Source of the DNA: Patescibacteria group bacterium
GTDB taxonomy: Bacteria > Patescibacteriota > WWE3 > JAMCXX01
NCBI GenBank assembly: GCA_023474425.1
Contig: JAMCXX010000002.1
Coordinates: 4,217 to 68,216 of the forward strand
DNA: 64,000 nucleotides
Direction: 5' to 3'
Below, one piece after another: positions 25,334 to 34,752 of the stretch. The position numbers and the translations under genes were made by a program. Position 1 is the first letter of the stretch. The number at the start of each line of letters is the position of its first letter. The notes beneath the pieces were generated by a model. The model did no database searches and was not told the origin of the DNA. It was given only the letters and a program-made list of their open reading frames with translations.

Positions 25334-28300
25334 TTACCGCTTGGAGAAGAAAAGAGTCCGGAAAATAAGCAGAACAAAGGCCACTAAAAGGGCAAAGAGA
25401 ACCCAAGTACCCCACGAACTTTCGGCGGCGGCATTCTGATTTGTTTCCGCAGTTGGCTGGGACGCCGGGGCCGCTTCGGGTGTGGCCTGCCCCAAAACCT
25501 GCGGCTCTTCAGCTACCTTAGCGCTCGGCTCCGCCGCCAAAGCTTCGCCGCCCGCGAAAGCCGATTGCCCAACAACCGCTTCAATAGCAGTTATTGTCTC
25601 CTCGGCAACGGCAGACGCTCCTAAAACCGTGCCGAAAGTCGTGGCAAAACTTCTTTCATCACTCAAAGATTCCGGTGATCCTTTGGAAACGGTACGGTAA
25701 TAATAGGTAACTCCGGCAGTCAAGTCGTTTAGAGCTACCGAGTGGGCCGTAACCTTGGGCGAGGTATCTGACTCGGCGGTGGAGTGGGCATAACCGTAAT
25801 TGGGAGCGGCGCCCAAAGTTGAGTGTGGCGAAGAGTCGTAGATAACCCTAGACGTTCCCGGCAAATCCGTGGTCCAGTTAATGGTTACGGAACTTTGGGT
25901 TACGGCCCCGGCCGTCTCGCCGGAAATGGAAGGGGCAATGCCATAGCTTTGCGTCATTACCGACGACTGGTTGCCGGCGCCGTCAACGGCCACGGCCTTG
26001 AGGGTCGTGTCACCACTGATAGTAATAGTACCGGTATATTTTCCGCTGCCGGATGTGGGCGTGGAACCGTCGGTGGTGAAATAAATTTCGTAGGCATTGG
26101 CGTCGCTTGAGCTAAGATTCACCTTTTGGGCCGAGGTATAATCCCCGCCGGCCGGTGAAGCCGTAGGTGTAGCCGGAGCGGTGGTGTCCACGAGCACCGA
26201 ACCTTTTGACTCACCACTAAAGTTACCGGCACTGTCCTCCGCTTTTACAAAGAAGTTCCAAAGTCCTTCGCTCAAACCCGTCGTTTTTGAGACTCCGGAA
26301 ACACTACCACTGGTTGGAGCATCGGTTCTCCAAAGGTATTGGAGCACCCCGGAAAGAGCATCGGTAGCTGCATCCCAATTCCAAGCTTGCGAGGTGGAAT
26401 TAGTTGGTGTAGTAGTTGAAGGCGTCCCCGGCGCCGAAGGATTTGTTTTGTCTATTTTTACCTGATTGGCAACGGTTTTTATTGACTCAGAGTTACCGGC
26501 ATTATCTTTGGAGAAGTACTTAATGGTATAGGTACCATCCGCCGTCAAAGCAATTGATGTACCGGTTGAGGAGCTTGTCGTGGGATCGGTGCCGTCGGTA
26601 GTGTAGTAAGTATTGCTACAACCGCTACCCGTGCCGTCGTTGCAGGTTAAGGTTACGGTGACGTCGCTGTTGTGCCAGTTTGAATCCGTACCGGAGTCGG
26701 CGGTTGACGGCGCGGTAGTGTCAATGCCGGCAATGGCGGCGGACAAAGAGTAGGCCGTGTTGCCGGTAGCATCGACGGCCCGGTAGCAAACCTTCTTGCC
26801 GTTATCCGCCTCACCGGTAAAAACGGTATCCGCGTAGGCGCTAAAAGTTAGGGAGGCGTCGCAAGCGGAACCCAAAGTAACGCTTTGCGTGAGTGTCCCT
26901 TCGTTGGTTGAAGCGGTAACCGTTTTGCTTTGGGCAGGATTAGTGTTGGGATTGTTAATCGTGATTACCGGAACGGTTGTGTCAACGGTAAAAGAAAATG
27001 GTGAACTCCAACCACTCCAGTTGCCGCCGTTGTCCCGCACCATAACGTGCCAGTACCAAGTCCGGTCTGAATATGTAGAGAGATCTGGTGTGTAATAGGT
27101 GTTGCTTGTGTAGTAATTTTTCTGCGGGGAAAGAAAACCAGAGGAATCCTCCACTTGATAGCGATATTCGCTGATTCCGGATGCGGCGTCGGTAGAGGCG
27201 CTTAAAGTCAAGGTTGGGCTGGTATCATTTGTTATTGCGCCGTCGGCCGGAGAAGTGAGAACCGGAGTAGTGGGCGCGACCGTGTCAATTTTGGCAACGT
27301 TTGATGATGTATAAGTCGCCTGATTTGGCGTTGGGGCATTATCAGAAACTTGGTACTGATATTGGTAGCAATTTCCGCTTATTACGCTATTATCGGTAAA
27401 GTTTGGATAAGATCCCGAAGGGGCAATCGTACTAAAAGAACCAAAGCTGCCGCAGGTACCGGCAGCTAACGCAGCCGATTTTCTCTGCATTATTCTTGAT
27501 GCGGTGTTTATTCCAGATCCTGCGTCAGTACCATCATTAACAGTTAAAGCTACAGAAGCTGAAGTGTAATACCCATCGGTGTAAGTGATAGATCCACCAG
27601 TTGGGGCTGTTGTATCGGCTGGTGCGTTAACCGTGAGAGTTCCGTTGCCGGTAGCATAATCCGAAACACTGTACAGCGCTTTAGCCGTAAAGCTGGTTGA
27701 ACCGGCCGGAGTGGACGATGTTGTAGTGATTGTTAGGGTTGAGGTGTGAGTACTATCAGACGAAGCGAAATGCAGGGAACCTGGTAAGAAAGAAGACAGG
27801 GCACCCGTGGGCAAGCCGGTCGTAAGACTCAAGGCCGCATCAAACGTGCCGCTTGAACCTCGGTTAACGGTTACGTTAAAAGTTACGCTGCTGGCCGTTC
27901 CGAAGGTAAGAGTTCCCGTTTGCGAGCCAACAACAACCGAACCCACTTTATTGGAGGCGTCGGTAAAAGCTGTCGTGGCTAAAACCTGACCGCTTGAGTC
28001 TTTAAGTTCGACTTTGTAATTCGGTCGGAAGTTGCCGTCGAGTTGATAATTGTAAACGAAGTTACCTGAATTATCGGCGGCCACGGAAGTTTCAACGTTG
28101 ACCGCCGGCGAGTCGTTCGAAGAGATAACTAAGATATACGTTTGCCCGGCGTTTAGCCCGGATCCGGAAATAACGGCAACATCTGTTGGCGAATAGTCGG
28201 CCTTGTCGGTGGAAACCTTAGCACTCGACCCAATTGAACCGGATTCCGGGCTTAAGAGAGATAAAACTTTAGAGGTTTGAACGGCAATCGGGGAAGGTGA

Positions 28301-28867
28301 ACTAATCGCGGCATCCAGCCGAGGCTGAATATTATTACTTATATTATTCGTGCTCGACGAAAGAACGGTCGGCGATGGGTTGTCAGAGGCTAAAGTCGGT
28401 TGGGTGCTTGGCGGCGGAGAAACGGGAAATTGATTGGACGGAGAAGAAGACGAAGGAGAAACGGATTCGTTTGTTGGTTGCGGCGGCGGCGCCGGCAAAT
28501 CTTGGGGACTCAAAGTTGTCTCACTAACCGGAGCCGCCGAGGCCGAACTTTCCACTGCCTCTTTGATATCGTTGTCATTGACGGGCGCGACCTCCAAATA
28601 TTTTTGCTCTATCGAGTTAGATTGATTGCCTTCCGGACCAGCCGGCTCCGCCGAGGATTGGATTAAAATTTCTCCGCCGCTATCCGCCGGTAAGATCTCT
28701 CCGTTTTTCTCATCGTCCGAAACATTTGGCACCGCCGAAGCAGAAGCTGTCTCATCGGAAGACAGGTCATCGCCAACAGCCAAGGATTCATTTAGAAAAA
28801 CAAAAGCAACGGGCGAAAAAGACTGAAACAACAAAAGGCAACAGGCAATAATTGCGGTTATCTTCAC
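25334..28867 (-). CDS. giant secreted/cell-surface protein with Ig/FN3-like and chitobiase-C-like repeats
   Basis: Signal peptide, a P/S-rich linker, repeated YYTTDGTDPT / IYFTTDGSTPT motifs, and a C-terminal TM anchor (WVLFALLVAFVLLIF). Confidence 0.75.
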   Translation of the reverse strand: MKITAIIACCLLLFQSFSPVAFVFLNESLAVGDDLSSDETASASAVPNVSDDEKNGEILPADSGGEILIQSSAEPAGPEGNQSNSIEQKYLEVAPVNDNDIKEAVESSASAAPVSETTLSPQDLPAPPPQPTNESVSPSSSSPSNQFPVSPPPSTQPTLASDNPSPTVLSSSTNNISNNIQPRLDAAISSPSPIAVQTSKVLSLLSPESGSIGSSAKVSTDKADYSPTDVAVISGSGLNAGQTYILVISSNDSPAVNVETSVAADNSGNFVYNYQLDGNFRPNYKVELKDSSGQVLATTAFTDASNKVGSVVVGSQTGTLTFGTASSVTFNVTVNRGSSGTFDAALSLTTGLPTGALSSFLPGSLHFASSDSTHTSTLTITTTSSTPAGSTSFTAKALYSVSDYATGNGTLTVNAPADTTAPTGGSITYTDGYYTSASVALTVNDGTDAGSGINTASRIMQRKSAALAAGTCGSFGSFSTIAPSGSYPNFTDNSVISGNCYQYQYQVSDNAPTPNQATYTSSNVAKIDTVAPTTPVLTSPADGAITNDTSPTLTLSASTDAASGISEYRYQVEDSSGFLSPQKNYYTSNTYYTPDLSTYSDRTWYWHVMVRDNGGNWSGWSSPFSFTVDTTVPVITINNPNTNPAQSKTVTASTNEGTLTQSVTLGSACDASLTFSAYADTVFTGEADNGKKVCYRAVDATGNTAYSLSAAIAGIDTTAPSTADSGTDSNWHNSDVTVTLTCNDGTGSGCSNTYYTTDGTDPTTSSSTGTSIALTADGTYTIKYFSKDNAGNSESIKTVANQVKIDKTNPSAPGTPSTTTPTNSTSQAWNWDAATDALSGVLQYLWRTDAPTSGSVSGVSKTTGLSEGLWNFFVKAEDSAGNFSGESKGSVLVDTTAPATPTASPAGGDYTSAQKVNLSSSDANAYEIYFTTDGSTPTSGSGKYTGTITISGDTTLKAVAVDGAGNQSSVMTQSYGIAPSISGETAGAVTQSSVTINWTTDLPGTSRVIYDSSPHSTLGAAPNYGYAHSTAESDTSPKVTAHSVALNDLTAGVTYYYRTVSKGSPESLSDERSFATTFGTVLGASAVAEETITAIEAVVGQSAFAGGEALAAEPSAKVAEEPQVLGQATPEAAPASQPTAETNQNAAAESSWGTWVLFALLVAFVLLIFRTLFFSKR

Positions 28868-28948
28868 AAATGCTGGCCGGCAGAAGGCCTTAACGCCCTA
28901 AGTTTCCTACCCCCACCCGCGGACGTCAAATAGATAGGTATCTAACCT

Positions 28949-30472
28949 TTAATTATCCTTAAACCGGTATTGGAGAGCTTCGGAAACGTCGTTTAAAGTT
29001 ACATCTTCGTGGCCGGACAAATCGGCAATCGTCCGGGCAATTTTAATAGCCTTATGATAACTGCGGGCGGAAAGGTTAAGCTGTTTTAAGGCGGTGAGCA
29101 AAAGTTTCTGGCTGTCCGTACCCAGCGGGCAGTATTTTTTAAGGTCTTTGGAGCCCATTTCCACGTTGCAGGTTAAGCGGACACCCTTAAATCTTTGGCT
29201 CTGAGCATCCCTCGCCTTCTGAACCCGAGTGCGCACCTTTTCGCTTGACTCGGCCTCGGTATCCGCCGCCGTCAATTTTTCCACCTCCACGGCCGGCACG
29301 TTAACCTGCAAATCAATACGGTCCAGAATCGGCCCGGAAACTCTTTTTTCGTAGCGGGCAATTGACCCCGGAGAGCAAACGCAGTTTTTCTTGGGGTCAT
29401 CTTTGTAACCGCAGGGGCAGGGATTCTGCGAAGCCACAAGAATAAACTTGGCCGGAAAAGTTAAGGAACCGGCCGCCCGGGAAATGGTAACCATACCGTC
29501 TTCCATAGGTTGACGTAAAGACTCCAAAACGGAGCGCGGAAACTCGGCAAACTCGTCTAAAAACAAAACGCCGCGGTGCGAGAGGGAAATTTCGCCCGGC
29601 TTGGGGTGGTTGCCGCCGCCAATAATTCCGTTTCGGGAAATCGTGTGGTGCGGGTTTCTAAACGGCCGGCAGCTCACAATAGGCATGTGGGGATTAAGCG
29701 CGCCAACGATAGAATAAATGCGGGTTACCTCCAAAGCTTCGTCTACGGTAAGTCTTGGCAGAATGGAGGCGAAGGCCTTGGCAAGCAACGTTTTGCCGGC
29801 GCCGGGCGGACCTTTAAGAATCACGTTGTGGCCGCCGGCAGCGGCAATTTCCAGAGCCCGTTTGGCGTTTTCCTGCCCCTTAATCTCGGCAAAGTCAAAA
29901 TCATACTCGCCGTATTTTAAAATACTTTCCACCGGTGTGTGGGCAAACGGCTCCAACTCTTTCTGACCGCGCAAAAATTGAACCAGGTCTAAAAGACTGT
30001 CCAGGGGAATAATTTGAATTTCGGGAATAATTGAGGCTTCTGGAGCGTTGTCTCGAGGCAAAAAAATTCTTTTATAGCCTTTCTCTTTGGCCAGAAAGGC
30101 AATGGGCAAAACGCCGGCCGTGGGACGTAGGCCTCCGTCCAGTGAAAGCTCGCCCACAAAAACGGCGTCATCTATTTGTGCTGCAAACTCGCGGTTGGCC
30201 AAAAGAATACCCAGGGCAATAGGCAAATCAAAATTGGAACCTTCTTTGGGAAAATCGGCCGGAGCCAAATTTACGGTAATGCGCCGCTGGGGAAAATCGC
30301 AGTTGGAATTTTTAAGGGCCGCCCGGCAACGTTCTTTGGACTCCTCCACCGACTTTTGCGGCAGGCCCACAATGTTGAAGGCCGGGAAACCGGAAGACTC
30401 AATACTCACCTCCACATCCACAGGCACGGGATCAAGTCCCAGGGTGGCGCCGGATATTACTTTGGCTAACAC
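28949..30472 (-). CDS. comM: YifB/ComM family Mg-chelatase-like ATPase
   Basis: Lon-like N-terminal domain, AAA+ Walker A GPPGAGKT, and a C-terminal ChlI-like domain. Confidence 0.9.
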   Translation of the reverse strand: MLAKVISGATLGLDPVPVDVEVSIESSGFPAFNIVGLPQKSVEESKERCRAALKNSNCDFPQRRITVNLAPADFPKEGSNFDLPIALGILLANREFAAQIDDAVFVGELSLDGGLRPTAGVLPIAFLAKEKGYKRIFLPRDNAPEASIIPEIQIIPLDSLLDLVQFLRGQKELEPFAHTPVESILKYGEYDFDFAEIKGQENAKRALEIAAAGGHNVILKGPPGAGKTLLAKAFASILPRLTVDEALEVTRIYSIVGALNPHMPIVSCRPFRNPHHTISRNGIIGGGNHPKPGEISLSHRGVLFLDEFAEFPRSVLESLRQPMEDGMVTISRAAGSLTFPAKFILVASQNPCPCGYKDDPKKNCVCSPGSIARYEKRVSGPILDRIDLQVNVPAVEVEKLTAADTEAESSEKVRTRVQKARDAQSQRFKGVRLTCNVEMGSKDLKKYCPLGTDSQKLLLTALKQLNLSARSYHKAIKIARTIADLSGHEDVTLNDVSEALQYRFKDN

Positions 30473-30516
30473 AAGAAAAATTTTAACGGGGAAGGCAACT
30501 TAAGGTCAAATGAAAT

Positions 30517-31785
30517 TTAAATTCCCACTTCTCGCGGCAGGGTGTTGAGCATAAATTCCTGCGGCTCTTCGGTAAAAATAATCCTTTTGCCCAAGGATTG
30601 GGCGTAGCCGATTTCGATTAAAGCCGAGGCGCCCACATAACCCTGCGGATCGCAGACAATTAAAGCGTCCGAAGCCGCGATGGAGTCAAGGTGGTGCCGC
30701 TCCAACTCTAGGGGGCTAGATCCCTCCTCGCCGCTAAACACCACAAACTCTTCACCGGGGTTTTTAGGTTCAACAAAACGCGGACTCAAAACTTCGGTTC
30801 CCGTAACTTCCAACTCCTTCTTAATTCCCAGAATATAGGGCAGATGTTTGCGGAAACTGCCGCTTAAAGTCACTCTCCTAAATTCACGACGGTCGGCTCC
30901 GTGCACTAAATTAGAATCGGAGGGAATCAGTTTCTCCACCCCGTATTTCTCGCAAATGGCTTGAGCCAAAAGCGAGCAGGCCCGAGCACCGTGCATCCAG
31001 GCGGGGTTCTCCGGCATTAGGGATTCCAGTGATTCCAGACTAACCCGGTAAAAAATCTCCCCGTTGCGGTCGGCAAAATCTTCAAAATCAACCAGGTAGG
31101 GGTGGTCAGCGTCTTCAAAAAGATGGTTATTCCTAAGGGCATAGCCGGCCAACTTCATATAGGTTAGTTCGCCGCCGGTGTGGAAGGCGGTGGGTACTTT
31201 CCGTCCGAGCGGCGGCAGAAGCGCAAGAATAAAGTCTTTAATGGCTTTAATTTCTCCGCTAAACAGAGCATTATTTATGCCGGGAAACTGGCTGTTAATG
31301 CCGCTCACCCCCAAATCGATGTTTTGCCGAAGTACAGTCTTACTATTTTCAACTAACACCAGTTCGGTGGAGCCGCCGCCAATGTTTATAAGCAGCACCG
31401 AGCCGCCGCCACGATACCGGTCAACTAAAGCTGTTTCCAAATAGTAGTTCTCCAGTTCGTGTTCAATAATATTCAAAAAAATTTGGGTTTCGCAAAAAAA
31501 CTCGTCGCGCAGTTCCTCTTGAGCCCTCGGGCTAAGTTTCCGATAGATAGCGGTGGCGTAATTTTTAACTTTGTGTTCCGGAAACTCTTCTTTAAGATCT
31601 CTAATCAGGGCGTAGAGACGCTGACGGTTTTCCCGGCTCAGTCCCTTTTCGGCGTCAAATTCATTTTTTAAAGGAAGGCTAATACTTTTTATGTGAGAAA
31701 TTCGACCGTTTTCCGAAGCAAAAACCTTAACGGTTGAGGAGCCTAAATCCAGAAGCAGTTTTTTGTTCCGATTCCGAACTGTCAT
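30517..31785 (-). CDS. Ppx/GppA-type (ASKHA) phosphatase fused to a nucleoside 2-deoxyribosyltransferase-like domain
   Basis: N-terminus carries LLLDLGSSTVKVF and LLINIGGGSTELV. The C-terminal roughly 120 aa carry VTLSGSFRKH...SDALIVCDPQGYVGASALIEIGYAQSLGKRIIF. The start was chosen at MTVRNRNKK. Confidence 0.6.
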   Translation of the reverse strand: MTVRNRNKKLLLDLGSSTVKVFASENGRISHIKSISLPLKNEFDAEKGLSRENRQRLYALIRDLKEEFPEHKVKNYATAIYRKLSPRAQEELRDEFFCETQIFLNIIEHELENYYLETALVDRYRGGGSVLLINIGGGSTELVLVENSKTVLRQNIDLGVSGINSQFPGINNALFSGEIKAIKDFILALLPPLGRKVPTAFHTGGELTYMKLAGYALRNNHLFEDADHPYLVDFEDFADRNGEIFYRVSLESLESLMPENPAWMHGARACSLLAQAICEKYGVEKLIPSDSNLVHGADRREFRRVTLSGSFRKHLPYILGIKKELEVTGTEVLSPRFVEPKNPGEEFVVFSGEEGSSPLELERHHLDSIAASDALIVCDPQGYVGASALIEIGYAQSLGKRIIFTEEPQEFMLNTLPREVGI

Positions 31786-31800
31786 ACAATCCTGTGCTAC

Positions 31801-31820
31801 ATAGACATCTATGTGTCTAT
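31801..31820. promoter_or_regulatory. inverted repeat in the divergent promoter region
   Basis: ATAGACA-TCTATG-TGTCTAT. Confidence 0.4.
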
Positions 31821-31830
31821 ATATACACAT

Positions 31831-31858
31831 TTGTACCTAGAATACAATGTGATATAAT
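31831..31858 (+). promoter_or_regulatory. putative promoter
   Basis: TTGTAC, 16-nt spacer, TATAAT. Confidence 0.5.
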
Positions 31859-31875
31859 ACATGTCAAGGGGTTTT

Positions 31876-32472
31876 ATGATTATTTTTTTTACGGCCTCGT
31901 CAAAAGACATTTTGGCCCATAAAGAGGCCTATCTGGAAATAAGGAATTCTATTAAGGCTTTGGGCCACTCCATTAATAGGGACTGGATTAACTACTCCAT
32001 TGAAGTCGCCGAAAAGAACCGAAGGGACGTGCCCACGCCCTCAATCTACCAGGATGTAATGACAGCCATTTTAACCGCCGACTTAATTATTGCCGACGCT
32101 TCCGTGCGCAGTATGAGTATTGGTCATCAAATTACTTTTGCCCTGCAAAAAAAGAAGCCGGTTTTACTTTTGCAAAAGCTGGAAGGGCGCAGCGAGGCTC
32201 AAGACCTTTTTATTAGCGGGGCCAAGTCCCCCCTGCTCATGATTAAAAACTACACAAGAACCGAGGAAATACGCAGTCTTATAAAGAAGTTTATTCAAAA
32301 GTACGAAGCAACCTCCAAAACGCGTTTTAACTTGGTACTCAACAAGGCCCAGGACGGCTATGTCGAATGGGCGGCTTTTTACTACAAAATTAGCAAAACC
32401 GAAGTTATTCAAAACGCCATTGACGAAAAAATGGAAAGCGACAGGCTATTCGAAAAATACCTGGAGTCATGA
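31876..32472 (+). CDS. nucleoside 2-deoxyribosyltransferase-like domain protein with a possible C-terminal ribbon-helix-helix
   Basis: IIFFTAS...ADLIIADASVRSMSIGHQITFALQKKKPVLLL resembles the NDT/Rossmannoid pattern. The C-terminal RFNLVLNKAQDGYVEWAAFYYKISKTEVIQNAI resembles an RHH. An alternative start is at 31861. Confidence 0.5.
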   Translation: MIIFFTASSKDILAHKEAYLEIRNSIKALGHSINRDWINYSIEVAEKNRRDVPTPSIYQDVMTAILTADLIIADASVRSMSIGHQITFALQKKKPVLLLQKLEGRSEAQDLFISGAKSPLLMIKNYTRTEEIRSLIKKFIQKYEATSKTRFNLVLNKAQDGYVEWAAFYYKISKTEVIQNAIDEKMESDRLFEKYLES

Positions 32473-33437
32473 CCACGGCAGCGGATTTACCGTCCAGCGA
32501 AAAATTCATTGGCAGCGTGATTGAAGGCTCGCGTGAACTTTTGGAAAAGGCCGAGCTGGATTTTAACATTCCCCAAGGCTACCTGCCTACCCAGATCGCC
32601 CTACATCTGCCGCAATTCCAAATGACCGATATTATTAAAAACGGAACTGTTAACCGAGCATTGCTACTTTCCGAATGCCTGCGGCTCGGCACGCGCCTGG
32701 AATCAGGCTTTCTAACCTTACCGCCGGAATTCCAGAAACTAGTTTTGGCAAAGACACGGGAAACAAAGGTTGTGCGCCGTTACCCTCAAATCTCCCAATT
32801 GACGATTAACGGTCAGCTTACTAATCTGTCTTTCGGCACAGTTGATTCGCCGACGGGGTTTGCTATTCAGAAAATCCTACACTACCTGGCCAATCCCCGT
32901 CGGGACACTCTCTATCATTTTGGTCTCTTTGTGAAAGACAGCTCATTCCCTCTGGCCTACGTGGCCTTCTCCCCCCTGGACCGACGCTACATTCAACAAT
33001 CTCTGCCCTTCGATACTAACGAAGGCGAAGTTTTGGTACTCACACGGGCCTACAATATAAACAGCTCGCCTTTTAACGCCATGAGTTTCCTCATTTCCCA
33101 AGCCATAAAACAAGTTAAGATAAATCAAAAAAACTTAAAAGCGGTAGTGACGGCGGTTAACCCCAATGTCCTTTTTCGCGGTACAATCTTTAAGGCGGCC
33201 GCCTTTAAACCCTTTGCCTTAGTTCCCTTTGTGCCCCAGTACTATAAAGGCAACTATGTAACCCGCAAAACTCTTTCCCAACTTTCCCCGGCAGAAATAA
33301 ACAAAGGGCTGATTGAAACGGCCAAATTCCCCCTCACACCGCTTATCTGGACGGTTAGAGTCCTGGACCGGCGCCTCGCAAAGTCATTTAGCCGTCCTTT
33401 AATTAGAGTAAGCTACGAGACGTACTCTGAAGGTTAA
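32469..33437 (+). CDS. hypothetical 322-aa protein (C-terminal half possibly acyltransferase-like; weak)
   Basis: ATGA overlap with the upstream gene implies translational coupling. No motif is confidently recognised. Confidence 0.5.
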   Translation: MTTAADLPSSEKFIGSVIEGSRELLEKAELDFNIPQGYLPTQIALHLPQFQMTDIIKNGTVNRALLLSECLRLGTRLESGFLTLPPEFQKLVLAKTRETKVVRRYPQISQLTINGQLTNLSFGTVDSPTGFAIQKILHYLANPRRDTLYHFGLFVKDSSFPLAYVAFSPLDRRYIQQSLPFDTNEGEVLVLTRAYNINSSPFNAMSFLISQAIKQVKINQKNLKAVVTAVNPNVLFRGTIFKAAAFKPFALVPFVPQYYKGNYVTRKTLSQLSPAEINKGLIETAKFPLTPLIWTVRVLDRRLAKSFSRPLIRVSYETYSEG

Positions 33438-33524
33438 ACTGAAAAGGTTACGGTTGGAACTTTTAGAAAATCTCCAGTGCCGCGCCGACCGTGACGGGAA
33501 AAAACTCTTCCAACCTGGTAAAAT

Positions 33525-33875
33525 TTGAATGCTATGAACTTGAGAAACTTGAGAGTGGAAAAACCCTCCTTGGAATTTATTGCCTTCTTACAGGCCCTCG
33601 GTCTGGTCGCATACTGCTTTCTGGTAAGTCTCGTTATGGCGGGACTTAACCAAACTTTCCACAACTTACCCATGCCAGTACTTGGTCCGGTGATTGTTTT
33701 GACTCTTTTTGTAGCTTCGGCTTTAATTTCTTCCTCGATTGTTTTGGCCTACCCGCTTGTAATTTTCTGGAATCAAAAAAACACCACCCGAGCCTTAAAG
33801 CTCGTTCTGGAAACCGCGGCCTGGCTGGCAATTTTGCTGGTCGTTATTACAACCGCCATTTTAGCGGCCCGCTAG
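33525..33875 (+). CDS. small 3-TM membrane protein
   Basis: 116-aa hydrophobic ORF. Confidence 0.5.
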   Translation: MNAMNLRNLRVEKPSLEFIAFLQALGLVAYCFLVSLVMAGLNQTFHNLPMPVLGPVIVLTLFVASALISSSIVLAYPLVIFWNQKNTTRALKLVLETAAWLAILLVVITTAILAAR

Positions 33876-33907
33876 AAATCCCGATTGCTCAAACAAGACG
33901 CAGCCAC

Positions 33908-34576
33908 TCACTTGGTCAGCTTATCCTTAAGCCCGCGCAGGATTTCCGACGCCAATTCCTTACCGCCCAGGCCAAAAGCCAAACCTCCGGCCAAAGCCAG
34001 CATGGCCACAAAACCGGTAAAAAGAATTCTCACCAGATCGGCGGCTACTCCCAACTGGTTTAAAACAACCAGCGCCGTAAAGAAGAGAATGGCATAGTAG
34101 GAAATCCCGCTCAAGAGTTTGGCCGCTTTTTCATCCAAACCCATGGCCGACTGTCGTACTACATCGGCGGTCAAGTTGGCCACCACAAAGCCTACTAATC
34201 CTACAATCACGGCCACAAAAACATTGGGCAAATAGAGGATTAGGTTGTTTAGAATATCGGTAACTTTGGAAAGCCCCCAGGTTTCCACCGCCGGCACCAG
34301 AAAAAGAATAATCACCGTCCATCGGGTCAGCTCGGAAAGCAAGACTTCCCAGACGCGAAACTGCCCTTCCTCGCCCATGACCTTGATTTGAACCAGGAAT
34401 TTGCCCACCCTTAGAGCCCGAAGCATGGCAACCACCAAACCGGCCGCCACCTTGGCCAGAACAATACCGATAATCAAAAGAATAAGCCCGGCCACAAAGT
34501 TCGGCAGGTAGTTTTGGACGCTTAAAATTCCAGCACTAAGACTTAACCAAATTGCTTGCGCTAAATTCTGAATCAT
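33908..34576 (-). CDS. membrane protein with repeated TM-helix modules (mechanosensitive-channel-like N-terminal repeat family, tentative)
   Basis: 222 aa with several similar helices. SD AAGGAGGTG precedes the ATG. Confidence 0.55.
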   Translation of the reverse strand: MIQNLAQAIWLSLSAGILSVQNYLPNFVAGLILLIIGIVLAKVAAGLVVAMLRALRVGKFLVQIKVMGEEGQFRVWEVLLSELTRWTVIILFLVPAVETWGLSKVTDILNNLILYLPNVFVAVIVGLVGFVVANLTADVVRQSAMGLDEKAAKLLSGISYYAILFFTALVVLNQLGVAADLVRILFTGFVAMLALAGGLAFGLGGKELASEILRGLKDKLTK

Positions 34577-34590
34577 TTACTCACCTCCTT

Positions 34591-34731
34591 AACACCACAG
34601 ATTTTCTTCACAGATCTGCACAGATCGAAAGACGGGTGGCAAAGGCGGAGGGCGTCCCGTCGAGCGACAGCAGTCCCGACCGCAGTCGGGGCGATGCCGT
34701 CGGACGGGACGAGCCTTTGGCAGGACCCGTC
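34591..34731 (+). repeat. structured intergenic repeat, copy C with 5' flank (core 34631-34731)
   Basis: GACGGGTGGCAAAGGCGGAGGGCGTCCCGTCGAGCGAC...GTCGGACGGGACGAGCCTTTGGCAGGACCCGTC. Confidence 0.6.
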
Positions 34732-34752
34732 TGTCGACAAAACAGCATGTTG

